Of a stretch of DNA of 64,000 nt, positions 1-8,506 are shown piece after piece. Source of the stretch: Solirubrobacterales bacterium (GTDB lineage: Bacteria > Actinomycetota > Thermoleophilia > Solirubrobacterales > JACPNS01); the NCBI GenBank assembly GCA_051306435.1, contig JBPPNF010000040.1:5958-69957 (forward strand), in the 5' to 3' direction. The position numbers and the translations under genes are program-made. Positions within the stretch are counted from its first letter, which is position 1. Each line of letters opens with the position of its first letter. Under the pieces are notes generated by a model that saw nothing but the letters and a program-made list of their open reading frames with translations, was not told the DNA's origin and did no database searches.

Positions 1-439
1 AATCGGTCGCGAGGCCCGGTCCATTTCAAGTGTTCACGCGCCAGCAACCGGAGACAGCTCGCCGGCTTCAAGGCATGGGGCAAGCCGTCGGCCGACCACA
101 GCCGACAGCTCCGCCGGCACCCCCGCGCGTGAGGGCCACGCGGCCCGACATGTGAGCCGCGTGGCCCCTCCCCCTTTGCGGCAGCCTGCTGCCGAGCGAT
201 CGACGATTGCCACGGCGGCCCCGGCCGAACAGGTCGAGGTCAAACCCGTCACCGTCGCGCCGCAATCTGGCGGCGGGGTGAACCGACTGCTCCTGCTCGC
301 CGTCGCCGCCGTCTGCCTCGTGGCACTCGCGATGCGCCGCAAGCCGCGCGAGATCTCACGGCACAACTCGCCGCCGTCCGTTGATGTCGGGCAGAGTCCG
401 CACGAGGCCGAAGTGATTCCGCTCAATCGCGCCTCATAG
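1..439 (+). CDS. hypothetical protein, 3' part (frame open to window edge), C-terminal transmembrane anchor
   Basis: Frame 2 is open from nt 2. The ORF-track Met is at 152. A hydrophobic stretch LLLLAVAAVCLVALA is followed by basic RRKPRE. GC3 is high from about nt 150 on. No family recognised. Confidence 0.35.
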   Translation, partial: IGREARSISSVHAPATGDSSPASRHGASRRPTTADSSAGTPAREGHAARHVSRVAPPPLRQPAAERSTIATAAPAEQVEVKPVTVAPQSGGGVNRLLLLAVAAVCLVALAMRRKPREISRHNSPPSVDVGQSPHEAEVIPLNRAS

Positions 440-451
440 ACCCGACTTCTG

Positions 452-643
452 ATGAATCAGAAGTCGGCCATCGCTCTTCTCACACTCAATGGATGGACCC
501 GGGTCTCTGGCGGCAAGCACGTTATGATCACCAAGCAGGGGATGCGACCGGTGACGTTGCTGCATCACCGCGGAAGTCAGTACGGCAAAGCCTTGACCGC
601 CGCCATCCTGCGGCAGGCAGGACTCCCCAAGGAGCACCGATGA
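452..643 (+). CDS. hicA: type II toxin HicA family (mRNA interferase)
   Basis: 63 aa. Carries GGKHVMITKQG..PVTLLHHRGSQYGKALTAAILRQAGL, matching the HicA pattern (GSH..., HH, ILKQAGL). Its stop overlaps the next start (ATGA at 640-643). Confidence 0.8.
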   Translation: MNQKSAIALLTLNGWTRVSGGKHVMITKQGMRPVTLLHHRGSQYGKALTAAILRQAGLPKEHR

Positions 644-873
644 CCCAGCGTGAGTACACCGTCAAAGTCCACCGCGACGACGATAATTCCTACTGGGCAA
701 CCGTCGATGAACTGCCCGGATGCTTCGCCAGCGGGTTCACGCTCGATGAGTTGAGCGAGTCAATCGGGGAGTCGGTCGCGCTCCATCTCGCAGGCGACGG
801 AGCACCTGACAGACCGCCAAGGGCTGCACCGGTGGTGAACATCGGTGAAATGCGCGTGACAGTCGCTGCCTGA
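640..873 (+). CDS. hicB: HicB-like antitoxin (short form, no obvious DNA-binding domain)
   Basis: 77 aa. YTVKVHRDDDNSYWATVDELPGCFASGFTLDELSESIGESVALHL is typical of the HicB N-terminal fold. Internal ATG of ORF 493..873, overlapping the hicA stop. Confidence 0.75.
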   Translation: MTQREYTVKVHRDDDNSYWATVDELPGCFASGFTLDELSESIGESVALHLAGDGAPDRPPRAAPVVNIGEMRVTVAA

Positions 874-900
874 TCACAGGCCAAAGGTAGGATCGGGCGC

Positions 901-2415
901 GTGTCCTTCTACGTGACCACGCCGATCTACTACGTCAATGCCGAGCCGCATCTCGGGCATGCCTACTCGACCATCGGCGCGGACATCCTCGCGCGGCACA
1001 TGCGCCAGCGCGGCGAGGATGTCTTCTTCGTCACCGGAACCGACGAGCACGGCGAGCCCGTGGTGATTGCGGCCGAGGCCCAGGGCACCACGCCGCAGGA
1101 GCTCGTCGACCGCAACGCCCCGCGTTTTGAGGCGCTGCTCGAGCGCATCGACGTGACCAACGACTTCTTCATCCGCACCACCAACCCGGCCCACGTCGCC
1201 GAGGTGCAGAAGGTCTGGCGGCAGATCTACGACAACGGGTACGTCTACAAGGGCGAATACGAGGGTTGGTACTGCCCCAAGTGCGCCGACTTCAAGTCCG
1301 AGCACGAGATCGCCGAAGGCAACACCTGCCCGATCCACCGCATTCCGCTCGACCGCGAGGCCGAGGACAGCTGGTTCTTCCAGCTCTCGGCGTTTCAGGA
1401 GCCGCTTGAGAAGCTCTTCGCCGAGCAGGCCGACTTCGTCCTTCCCAAGCACCGCTACAACGAGGCACTCTCGTTCATCCAGAGTGGCCTGCGCGACGTC
1501 GCGCTCTCGCGATCGAAGATCAGCTGGGGCGTGGAGCTTCCGTGGGATCCCTCCCACGTGATGTACGTCTGGTTCGACGCGCTGCTCAACTACTGGACCG
1601 CTCCGAAGATCGCCCGCCCGGACCAGGAGATCTGGCCGGCGTCGGTGCACGTCATGGCCAAGGACATCGTCAAGTTCCACGCCGTCTACTGGCCGGCGAT
1701 GTTGATGGCGCTCGAAGCCCCGTTGCCGAAGCGCATGTTCGTGCACGGCTACCTCTTGATGGACGGCGAGAAGATGAGCAAGTCGCTCGGCAACGTGCTC
1801 GATCCGAACAAGGTCGTCGACCTCTTCGGTTCCGACGCGCTGCGCTTCTACTGCTTCCGCGAAGTCAGCTTCGGCAACGACGGCTCGATCTCCACCGAGG
1901 GTTTCGAGACGCGCTACAACAGTGAGCTCGCCAACGACTACGGCAACCTCGCCAGCCGCTCGTTGGCGATGATCACGAAGTATCGCGGCGGCGTCGTTCC
2001 GGCTCGGCCTGAGTCGACCGGCCTGGAAGAAGACTTCGCCGGCGCCGGCGACAAGCTCATCGCGCGCATCGACGACCTCGATCTGACCAGCGCGCTCGAA
2101 GAGGTCTGGGTGCTCGTGCGCAGGCTCAACCGCTTCGTCGAAGAGCGCGCGCCGTGGAAGCTCGCCAAGGACGAATCGACCGAGGCACAGGCCGAGCTCG
2201 ACGCAACGCTCTACGGCCTCGCCGAAGGGCTTCGCGTTGTTTCGATCCTGCTGCAGCCGTACATCCCGAAGTCCACGCTGACGCTGCTCACCGCGATCGG
2301 TCACGAAGACCAGGTCAACGACATCTCCACGGCGGTCTTCGGCGGCGGCGAAGGCGGGTCCAGAATCGACGCGCTCAGCCCGCTCTTCCCAAAGCTCGAG
2401 CCGAGCGCCGCCTGA
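901..2415 (+). CDS. metG: methionine--tRNA ligase (short form)
   Basis: 504 aa with a GTG start. HLGH (HIGH-type) motif, KMSKS motif, and a Zn knuckle CPKC...CPIH. Confidence 0.97.
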   Translation: MSFYVTTPIYYVNAEPHLGHAYSTIGADILARHMRQRGEDVFFVTGTDEHGEPVVIAAEAQGTTPQELVDRNAPRFEALLERIDVTNDFFIRTTNPAHVAEVQKVWRQIYDNGYVYKGEYEGWYCPKCADFKSEHEIAEGNTCPIHRIPLDREAEDSWFFQLSAFQEPLEKLFAEQADFVLPKHRYNEALSFIQSGLRDVALSRSKISWGVELPWDPSHVMYVWFDALLNYWTAPKIARPDQEIWPASVHVMAKDIVKFHAVYWPAMLMALEAPLPKRMFVHGYLLMDGEKMSKSLGNVLDPNKVVDLFGSDALRFYCFREVSFGNDGSISTEGFETRYNSELANDYGNLASRSLAMITKYRGGVVPARPESTGLEEDFAGAGDKLIARIDDLDLTSALEEVWVLVRRLNRFVEERAPWKLAKDESTEAQAELDATLYGLAEGLRVVSILLQPYIPKSTLTLLTAIGHEDQVNDISTAVFGGGEGGSRIDALSPLFPKLEPSAA

Positions 2416-3167
2416 TGGTCGACACCCACGCGCACATCGAGATGTGCGAAGGCACACCCGACGAGATAGTCGCCCGCGCCGCCGAGGCCGGGGTCGACAG
2501 AATCCTCACGATCGGCCTGACCGAAGAGACCTTCGACATCTCGCTCGCGATCGCCGACGCGCACGACGGCGTCTTCGCCGCGGTCGGCTGCCATCCGAAC
2601 GAGACGACCGGTTTCACCGACGCTGTGGCCGAGGCGATCGACCGCGCCGCCGAGCACCCGAAGGTCCGGGCGATCGGCGAGACCGGCCTCGACTTCTTCC
2701 GCGACAGCGCGCCGCCGGACGACCAGCGTCGCGGCTTCAAGGCGCAGATCGAGATCGCATCCAGACGAAAACTTCCGGTCTCGATCCACGCCCGCGGCGC
2801 CGAGGCCGAGTGCATGGACATGCTGATCGAGCACGGCGCGGACCTGCCGGCCGTGATCCTGCACTGCTTCAGCGACGCCGGCGAACTGCCCCGCGCAGTC
2901 GAGGCCGGCTTCTACTGCTCGTTCGCCGGCAACGTCACCTTCAAGAACGCTCCCGACCTGCGTGAAGCTGCCGCAAACGTCCCGGACGAGCTGCTGCTGG
3001 TCGAGACCGACTCGCCGTTCCTCGCGCCGATGCCCAACCGCGGCAAGCGCTGCGAGCCGGCCTGGGTCACGCTGACCGCGCAACTGATCGCCGAGACGCG
3101 CGGTGTCAGCTACGACGAGATCGACGCGCTCGTCACCGCCAACGCCCAGCGCGCGCTGGACTGGTAG
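2415..3167 (+). CDS. tatD: TatD family metal-dependent hydrolase/DNase
   Basis: Internal Met of ORF 2154..3167. Carries MVDTHAHIE, GETGLDF, HCFSD and ETDSPFLAP. Its ATG shares one nucleotide with the metG TGA (2413-2417). Confidence 0.93.
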   Translation: MVDTHAHIEMCEGTPDEIVARAAEAGVDRILTIGLTEETFDISLAIADAHDGVFAAVGCHPNETTGFTDAVAEAIDRAAEHPKVRAIGETGLDFFRDSAPPDDQRRGFKAQIEIASRRKLPVSIHARGAEAECMDMLIEHGADLPAVILHCFSDAGELPRAVEAGFYCSFAGNVTFKNAPDLREAAANVPDELLLVETDSPFLAPMPNRGKRCEPAWVTLTAQLIAETRGVSYDEIDALVTANAQRALDW

Positions 3168-3177
3168 CCGCGCCGCC

Positions 3178-4029
3178 GTGTCCGGCGACGAGCACTTCTC
3201 CAGTCCGACGCAGCCCTCGATCGAGCGGATGCTGCGCTTCCGGGTCCAGCCCCGGCGCAAGCTAGGTCAGAACTTCCTCGTCGACAACAACATCCTCGAC
3301 GTGATCGGCGCAGCCTCGGGCCTCGGCCCGGACGACGTCGTGCTGGAGGTCGGGGGGGGCCTGGGGGTGCTCAGCGAGTACCTCGCAGCGCAAGCGGCGC
3401 ACGTCCATGTGATCGAGATCGACGAGTCGCTGCGTCCGCCGCTCGAAGATGCGATCGGAAGCGCACCCAACGTCAGTCTGCTCTTCGCCGACGCCGTAAG
3501 CGTGGACTACGCCGCGATCGACCCGCGCCCGAACAAGCTGATCGCCAACCTCCCCTACAACGTCGCCGCGACCTGCGTGATCAAGGCCTTCTATGAACTC
3601 CCCGAGCTTGAGCTCTGCTGCGTGATGGCGCAGCGCGAAGTCGGCGAGCGCCTTGCGGCCAAGCCCGGTGGCAAGCTCTATGCCGGGACGTCCGTGCTGG
3701 TGCAGGCGGTCTGCGGCGAGACGGCCACGCGCAAGCTGTCGCGAAATATCTTCCATCCGGTGCCCAACGTCGACTCATCTCTGGTGACACTCAAGCGCAC
3801 CGAACCAAACCCGCCGGCAGGATTCAACGACCTCGTCCACGGCGCCTTCGCTCACCGGCGCAAGCCGCTGGCCAGTTCGCTCGCCCACGCCAACCGCGAC
3901 GACAAGTCGATCCGCGAGCGGGCCGCTGCGGCGCTTGCCGAGATCGGTCTCGAAGCCAATACGCGCGCAGAGCAACTCACGGCCGCGCAGTTCCGCGAGC
4001 TGCAGCCGCTGATCGGACCGGCGGCATGA
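3178..4029 (+). CDS. rsmA: 16S rRNA (adenine1518/1519-N6)-dimethyltransferase RsmA/KsgA
   Basis: KLGQNFLVDNNILDVI, EVGGGLGVLS and NLPYNVA motifs. The start is uncertain: GTG at 3178 or ATG at 3229. The ORF-track start at 3103 would overlap tatD. Confidence 0.92.
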   Translation: MSGDEHFSSPTQPSIERMLRFRVQPRRKLGQNFLVDNNILDVIGAASGLGPDDVVLEVGGGLGVLSEYLAAQAAHVHVIEIDESLRPPLEDAIGSAPNVSLLFADAVSVDYAAIDPRPNKLIANLPYNVAATCVIKAFYELPELELCCVMAQREVGERLAAKPGGKLYAGTSVLVQAVCGETATRKLSRNIFHPVPNVDSSLVTLKRTEPNPPAGFNDLVHGAFAHRRKPLASSLAHANRDDKSIRERAAAALAEIGLEANTRAEQLTAAQFRELQPLIGPAA

Positions 4030-4916
4030 GCGAGCTGCGTGTCGAGGCTCCGGGGAAACTCAACCTCTGCCTCTATCTCGGCCCGACGCGACCCGACGGG
4101 CTGCACGAGATCGCGTCGCTGTTTGAGTCGGTCTCTCTGTCGGACACGCTGACGCTCAGACCGTTTGACGGACTCCACGACCGCGTGATCTGCGACACGG
4201 TCGAAGGCGAGAACCTCGCCCAGCGCGCCCTCCGAGCCGCGCGCGAAGCCGGACTGCTCGAAGGCCCCCCGGTCGAGGTGACGATTGAGAAGCGGATCCC
4301 CGTGGCCGCCGGCATGGGTGGCGGGAGCGCGGACGCTGCCGCGGTGCTGCGCCTGGCCGGAAAACTTTCGAACAGGCCGCCGAAGGATTATGAGCGCGTC
4401 GCCTTTGCGCTCGGCGCGGACGTCCCGAGCCAGCTCGTGCCGGGCGCAGCGCTCGTGCACGGAGCAGGCGAGCGCGTCGCAGCGATCCAGCCCGAGTGCC
4501 TGGCCGGGGCTGCCAGCCGTGCCTATGTGATCATCGAGCAGCAGCAGGGCCTCTCGACCGGCGAAGTCTTCATCCAGTCCGATCGCGCGTTGCTTCCCGA
4601 GCCGGAGATCGTCCAGCGCGAAGAGGCCCTGCTCGAGAAGATCTCGGCCGGCGTCGACCTTGGGCAGCTTTGCGCGCTGGTTGAGAACGCGCTCGAGCCC
4701 GCAATTGTCGCCCTGCGTCCAGAGCTGGCGCACCTGCCCGGCGAGCTGAAGCAGCACGGCGCCCTGGCGGCAGCCTTCACCGGTTCCGGCCCGACCAGCT
4801 TCGGAATCTTTGACGGCCACCGAGCCGCCGAAGACGCGGCCCTGGAGCTGATCGCTGCCGGCCACCTGGCGCACGCCGCAGTCCCGGTCACCACAAGCTT
4901 CGGAGACGTGCAGTGA
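4026..4916 (+). CDS. ispE: 4-diphosphocytidyl-2-C-methyl-D-erythritol kinase
   Basis: APGKLNLCLYLG and the GHMP-kinase motif IPVAAGMGGGSADAAAVL. ATGA overlap with rsmA. Confidence 0.93.
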   Translation: MSELRVEAPGKLNLCLYLGPTRPDGLHEIASLFESVSLSDTLTLRPFDGLHDRVICDTVEGENLAQRALRAAREAGLLEGPPVEVTIEKRIPVAAGMGGGSADAAAVLRLAGKLSNRPPKDYERVAFALGADVPSQLVPGAALVHGAGERVAAIQPECLAGAASRAYVIIEQQQGLSTGEVFIQSDRALLPEPEIVQREEALLEKISAGVDLGQLCALVENALEPAIVALRPELAHLPGELKQHGALAAAFTGSGPTSFGIFDGHRAAEDAALELIAAGHLAHAAVPVTTSFGDVQ

Positions 4917-6541
4917 ACGGAATCCAGGTCACAGCCGCCGTCGCCGCTGCGATGTGGGCACCGGTGGCTTTCCAGCGCTGGCGCACGGGGAAGCTCAACA
5001 CCGAGCACAAGATCATCTCGATCGTCGGCATCCTCGGGCTGGCGCTGTACGCCTCGGGCGCGTTCGAGAGCCTGCCTCAGCCGGAGAAGGTGCTCGAGGA
5101 CGTCTCCGGCGCACTGGGCAAGTGGACATACCTTCTCGTCACCGTTCTGGCGTTTCTTGAGACCGGCGCATTCGTCGGGCTCGTCGCCCCCGGCGAGGCC
5201 GCGGTCGTCGTCGGCGGCGTCGTCGCCGGGCAGGGCGAGATCGACATCCGTCTGCTGATCGGCCTCGTCTGGGCCGCCGCATTCCTGGGGGACTCGACGA
5301 GCTTCTACTTCGGCCAGAGGCTCGGGCGTGAATTCATGGTCAAGCACGGCCGCCGGCTGCAGATCACCGAGCCACGGCTCGAACAGGTCGAGAAGTACAT
5401 GGACCAACACGGCGGCAAGACGATTCTGGTCGGCCGCTTCATCGGACTTGTCCGCGCCCTGGCGCCGTTCATCGCCGGCTCCTCGAAAATGCCCTACCGA
5501 CGCTTCGTGCCCTACGACATCATCGGATCGGGGCTCTGGGCCTCGTTCTTCTGCCTGCTCGGGTTCATCTTCGCCAACAACCTCGAGGCCGTGATCCACT
5601 GGGCCGAGCGCGGCGTGCTGATCTTTGGATGGTTCGTCGGGACGATCGTTGTGATCGTCTACCTGGTGAAGCGTTTCCGCAAGCCCGAGGAGCGCGCAAA
5701 GCTGACCGCGTGGCTCGACCAGCAGGAACGCGAGCACCCGCGACGCGCGATCGTGATCAAGCCGGTGCGCCGGACCTGGGATCGCATCGTCTTCCCGATC
5801 TTCCGCTTCTTCGGCCCGCAGCTGAAGTTCGCGTGGCAACGCTTCACGCCCGGCGGGCTCGGGCTGGAGTTCACGACCCTGATGGCCGCACTGATCACCG
5901 CCGCCTACACGCTGTACTTCTTCACGATCCAGGCGCTCGACTGGCCGACGGACTTCACCACCAGGATCAACGACGCGGCATTCCGGGTCGCCGACTCGAT
6001 CCGCACGGATTGGCTGAACAACCTCGCCGAGCTGATCTCGCACTTCGGCTCCTTGCCGGTCGCCGGCGCATTCACGCTGGTGGCCGCCGGCTACTGCGTC
6101 CATCGCCGACGCGTGCCGGAGGCGCTGGTGCTCGTCCTCTCGCTCGGACTCGCGGCAGTTCTTTCGAACGCGATCAAGGACTGGACCGACGTGCCGCGGC
6201 CGGGCGGATCGCTCGTCGAGACGGGCGGTTCGTCGTTTCCCTCGGGACACACCGCCTACGCAATCACGTATGTGACGATCGCGGTCACGCTGGAGCGGGT
6301 CAGCGACATCGTCGTCCGAGCCACGCTCGTGATCGTCGCGATCGCCTTCGCCGCCGCGATCGGCCTCACCCGCGTCTATCTACGCGCCCATTACCTGAGC
6401 GATGTGATCGGCGGCGCGGCGTTGACCGGCACGATCACGGCGAGCTTTGCCGCCCTGGCGCTGCTTCTGCTGCACATCCGCAAGCTCCGCGCCCGGCCGG
6501 TCGTGGCGGACGCAACGACCGCCGCCGATATCGTTGACTAG
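4913..6541 (+). CDS. bifunctional DedA-family membrane protein / PAP2 phosphatase fusion
   Basis: The N-terminal half is DedA/SNARE-associated-like (LETGAFVGLVAPGE, GRFIGLVRALAPFIAG). The C-terminal half has all three PAP2 blocks (KDWTDVPRP, PSGHTAYA, RVYLRAHYLSDVIGG). The GTG start overlaps the ispE stop (GTGA). Confidence 0.85.
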   Translation: MNGIQVTAAVAAAMWAPVAFQRWRTGKLNTEHKIISIVGILGLALYASGAFESLPQPEKVLEDVSGALGKWTYLLVTVLAFLETGAFVGLVAPGEAAVVVGGVVAGQGEIDIRLLIGLVWAAAFLGDSTSFYFGQRLGREFMVKHGRRLQITEPRLEQVEKYMDQHGGKTILVGRFIGLVRALAPFIAGSSKMPYRRFVPYDIIGSGLWASFFCLLGFIFANNLEAVIHWAERGVLIFGWFVGTIVVIVYLVKRFRKPEERAKLTAWLDQQEREHPRRAIVIKPVRRTWDRIVFPIFRFFGPQLKFAWQRFTPGGLGLEFTTLMAALITAAYTLYFFTIQALDWPTDFTTRINDAAFRVADSIRTDWLNNLAELISHFGSLPVAGAFTLVAAGYCVHRRRVPEALVLVLSLGLAAVLSNAIKDWTDVPRPGGSLVETGGSSFPSGHTAYAITYVTIAVTLERVSDIVVRATLVIVAIAFAAAIGLTRVYLRAHYLSDVIGGAALTGTITASFAALALLLLHIRKLRARPVVADATTAADIVD

Positions 6542-6781
6542 ATGCTCGCTCTGACCGAATCGCAGCTGGCCCAGTACGCGCTGATCGCGGGCGCAGTCGG
6601 TGCCGGCATCGTGCTGATCGCGTTCGTGGTGCTGATCGCCTGGCCCGCATGGAACTCTTACGGCCGCAACTGGGAGCGCGTTTCGGCGTTGTTTCTCTCG
6701 CTCTACGTGCTCGTCGCGATGCTCGGTCTGGGCTCGGTGATCGGCCTCGGATTCTTCGCGCTTTTCGGCAAAGACATCTGA
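6542..6781 (+). CDS. small 2-TM membrane protein, hypothetical
   Basis: 79 aa with two hydrophobic helices. The ATG directly follows the TAG of the upstream fusion gene. High GC3. Confidence 0.5.
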   Translation: MLALTESQLAQYALIAGAVGAGIVLIAFVVLIAWPAWNSYGRNWERVSALFLSLYVLVAMLGLGSVIGLGFFALFGKDI

Positions 6782-6842
6782 GATTTCAGGCAAGAAATAC
6801 ACCGATCTGGCGAAAGCCGATTGACGTTCTTATGCTTGATGT

Positions 6843-8105
6843 GTGCCCAAGGCCTCTGAACCATCGGTAAAAAAGACTTCTGCGAGTGATCAGGGCGCTT
6901 CGCCGCTGAGCAAACTCGACGCGATTTCGACCGCCGTCGAGGCCGGAACCGGCCTCACAGCGGTCACCCGCGCGGCCGCCGCTGCGCTTGAGTCCTCGCT
7001 CGCAGTGATCGACAGTCGCAGCGCCGTGCTGGCCGTTGCGGCCGCCTCGCCAGAGGACGAACGCCGCCTGCTCGCAGGCGAGGGCGGCACCGTGATCCAC
7101 GAACTCAAGGTCGCCGAGAAGGTCGTCGGCACGCTGCGGGTTCGCGCGCGCAGGACCGAGGGCGTCGACGCGGTCACCCTGCGCATGGTCGCAACGCTGA
7201 TCGCCCTCGAGGTCGAGCGCACGCTCGCGCCCGAGCGCGCAGACCAGAAGGTCGCCAGCGGATTCATCGGTGACCTGATCAACGGAGTCACCAAGGACGC
7301 CGCCGACGTCACGGCCCGCGCCGAAGAACTCGGCATCAAGGTCGAACGCGGCTGCGCCTTCGTGCTCGCCCGCGCCACCCCGCGCAAGGCGGTCGGCGAC
7401 GACTGGCGCGCGCGTCTGCTTCTGGTGGTCGAGCGCGTCGCGCGATCGCTGCATCCGCGCGTTGTCACCGCCCAGGTCGAGCGACCGGGGTCACAGGCCG
7501 GCGAGGTCTACGTGCTTCTGCCGAGTTCCGAGCCCGAGTCCGTCGCCAAGGCCGCGAACACGATCCGCGAAGAACTCGAGGCCACGCTCGGCGAGTTCAA
7601 CTTCACCGTCGGCCACGGCCGGATCACCAGCGACCCGGCCGACCTCTTTCGCGCCGGCCAGGAAGCACTGCTTGCCGTCAACGTCGCCGAGGCCAACGGC
7701 GCCGGCAACATGCTCAGCTTCGAGGACACCGGCGCCTACCGCCTGCTGCTGCCGGCGCTCTGCGACGACCCGGCCGAACTCCACCGTTTCTACGCGGAGA
7801 CGATCGAGCCGCTGGTCAACTACGACGACCAGTACGAGACCAACCTCGTGCACACCGTCGACACCTTCCTCGCCGCCGACGGCAACGTCGCCGGAACGGC
7901 CCAGCGCCTGTTCACGCACCGGCACACGATCCGTTACCGCCTGGAGCGCGTGAAGGATCTGACTGGACTCGACTGCTCATCAACTGACGGCCGCGAGCGA
8001 CTCTCGCTGGGCCTGAAGTCGATGCGCGTGCTCGGAATTGCGAACCCCGGCGGACCGGCTTATGAGCCGGGCGTCGAGGGTGGACGCATCCCGGCTGCGG
8101 GCTAG
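6843..8105 (+). CDS. PucR/CdaR family transcriptional regulator
   Basis: 420 aa. C-terminal PucR-type HTH (GTAQRLFTHRHTIRYRLERVKDLTGLD) with a GAF-like central region. Confidence 0.85.
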   Translation: MPKASEPSVKKTSASDQGASPLSKLDAISTAVEAGTGLTAVTRAAAAALESSLAVIDSRSAVLAVAAASPEDERRLLAGEGGTVIHELKVAEKVVGTLRVRARRTEGVDAVTLRMVATLIALEVERTLAPERADQKVASGFIGDLINGVTKDAADVTARAEELGIKVERGCAFVLARATPRKAVGDDWRARLLLVVERVARSLHPRVVTAQVERPGSQAGEVYVLLPSSEPESVAKAANTIREELEATLGEFNFTVGHGRITSDPADLFRAGQEALLAVNVAEANGAGNMLSFEDTGAYRLLLPALCDDPAELHRFYAETIEPLVNYDDQYETNLVHTVDTFLAADGNVAGTAQRLFTHRHTIRYRLERVKDLTGLDCSSTDGRERLSLGLKSMRVLGIANPGGPAYEPGVEGGRIPAAG

Positions 8106-8455
8106 CTGAACTCCGCTTCAAGCATCTCGCGACGGCACCCCGTAGCGAACGAGGTCGCGCACAAGCGTGCCGCCCTCGACCCCTTCGAACTCGTGCGTGT
8201 GATCCAGTGGATCGTGATGCCGTGCAGGCGGAGGCAGTAGTTGATCAACGCCCCTTCGTTGAGCTGCTCGGGAATCTCAACTATCTCAAAGTTCAGCCAC
8301 GGAGGCGTCAGTCGCTCAAGGTTGCGCGGCTCGCTGAAGAATGCAGAGACCTCGTCTCGTGGGCGGGCGATGATCTGCTCCTGGCTGACGGTGCTCGCGC
8401 CTTCGAGCTTGAGCTCATCCGAGGCGAAGTTGATCTGTGGAAGTTTTGGCGTCAT
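8102..8455 (-). pseudogene. SRPBCC (START/cyclase-dehydrase-like) family gene remnant with internal deletion/frameshift and truncated 3' end
   Basis: The N-terminal part reads PRDEVSAFFSEPRNLERLTPPWLNFEIV...INYCLRLHGITIHW, typical of the family. After the Trp codon (8204-8206) homology continues two nucleotides out of frame as HTHEFEGVEGGTLVRDLVRYGVPSRDA, with a stop at 8118-8120. Confidence 0.55.
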
Positions 8456-8506
8456 GGCTCTGGATCAACATACGGGGCGGAAGCCAAACGGATGACTTTC
8501 TACCTG

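Noticed and set aside
874-2457. Long antisense ORFs opposite real genes (for example 874..2457-, 4523..6250-, 43862..45532-, 53366..54832+, 56508..57491+, 60166..62181-).
   Set aside because: These are typical shadow ORFs of high-GC DNA. Their translations are Arg/Ala/Gly/Pro-rich and carry no motifs, while the opposite strand encodes unmistakable conserved enzymes.
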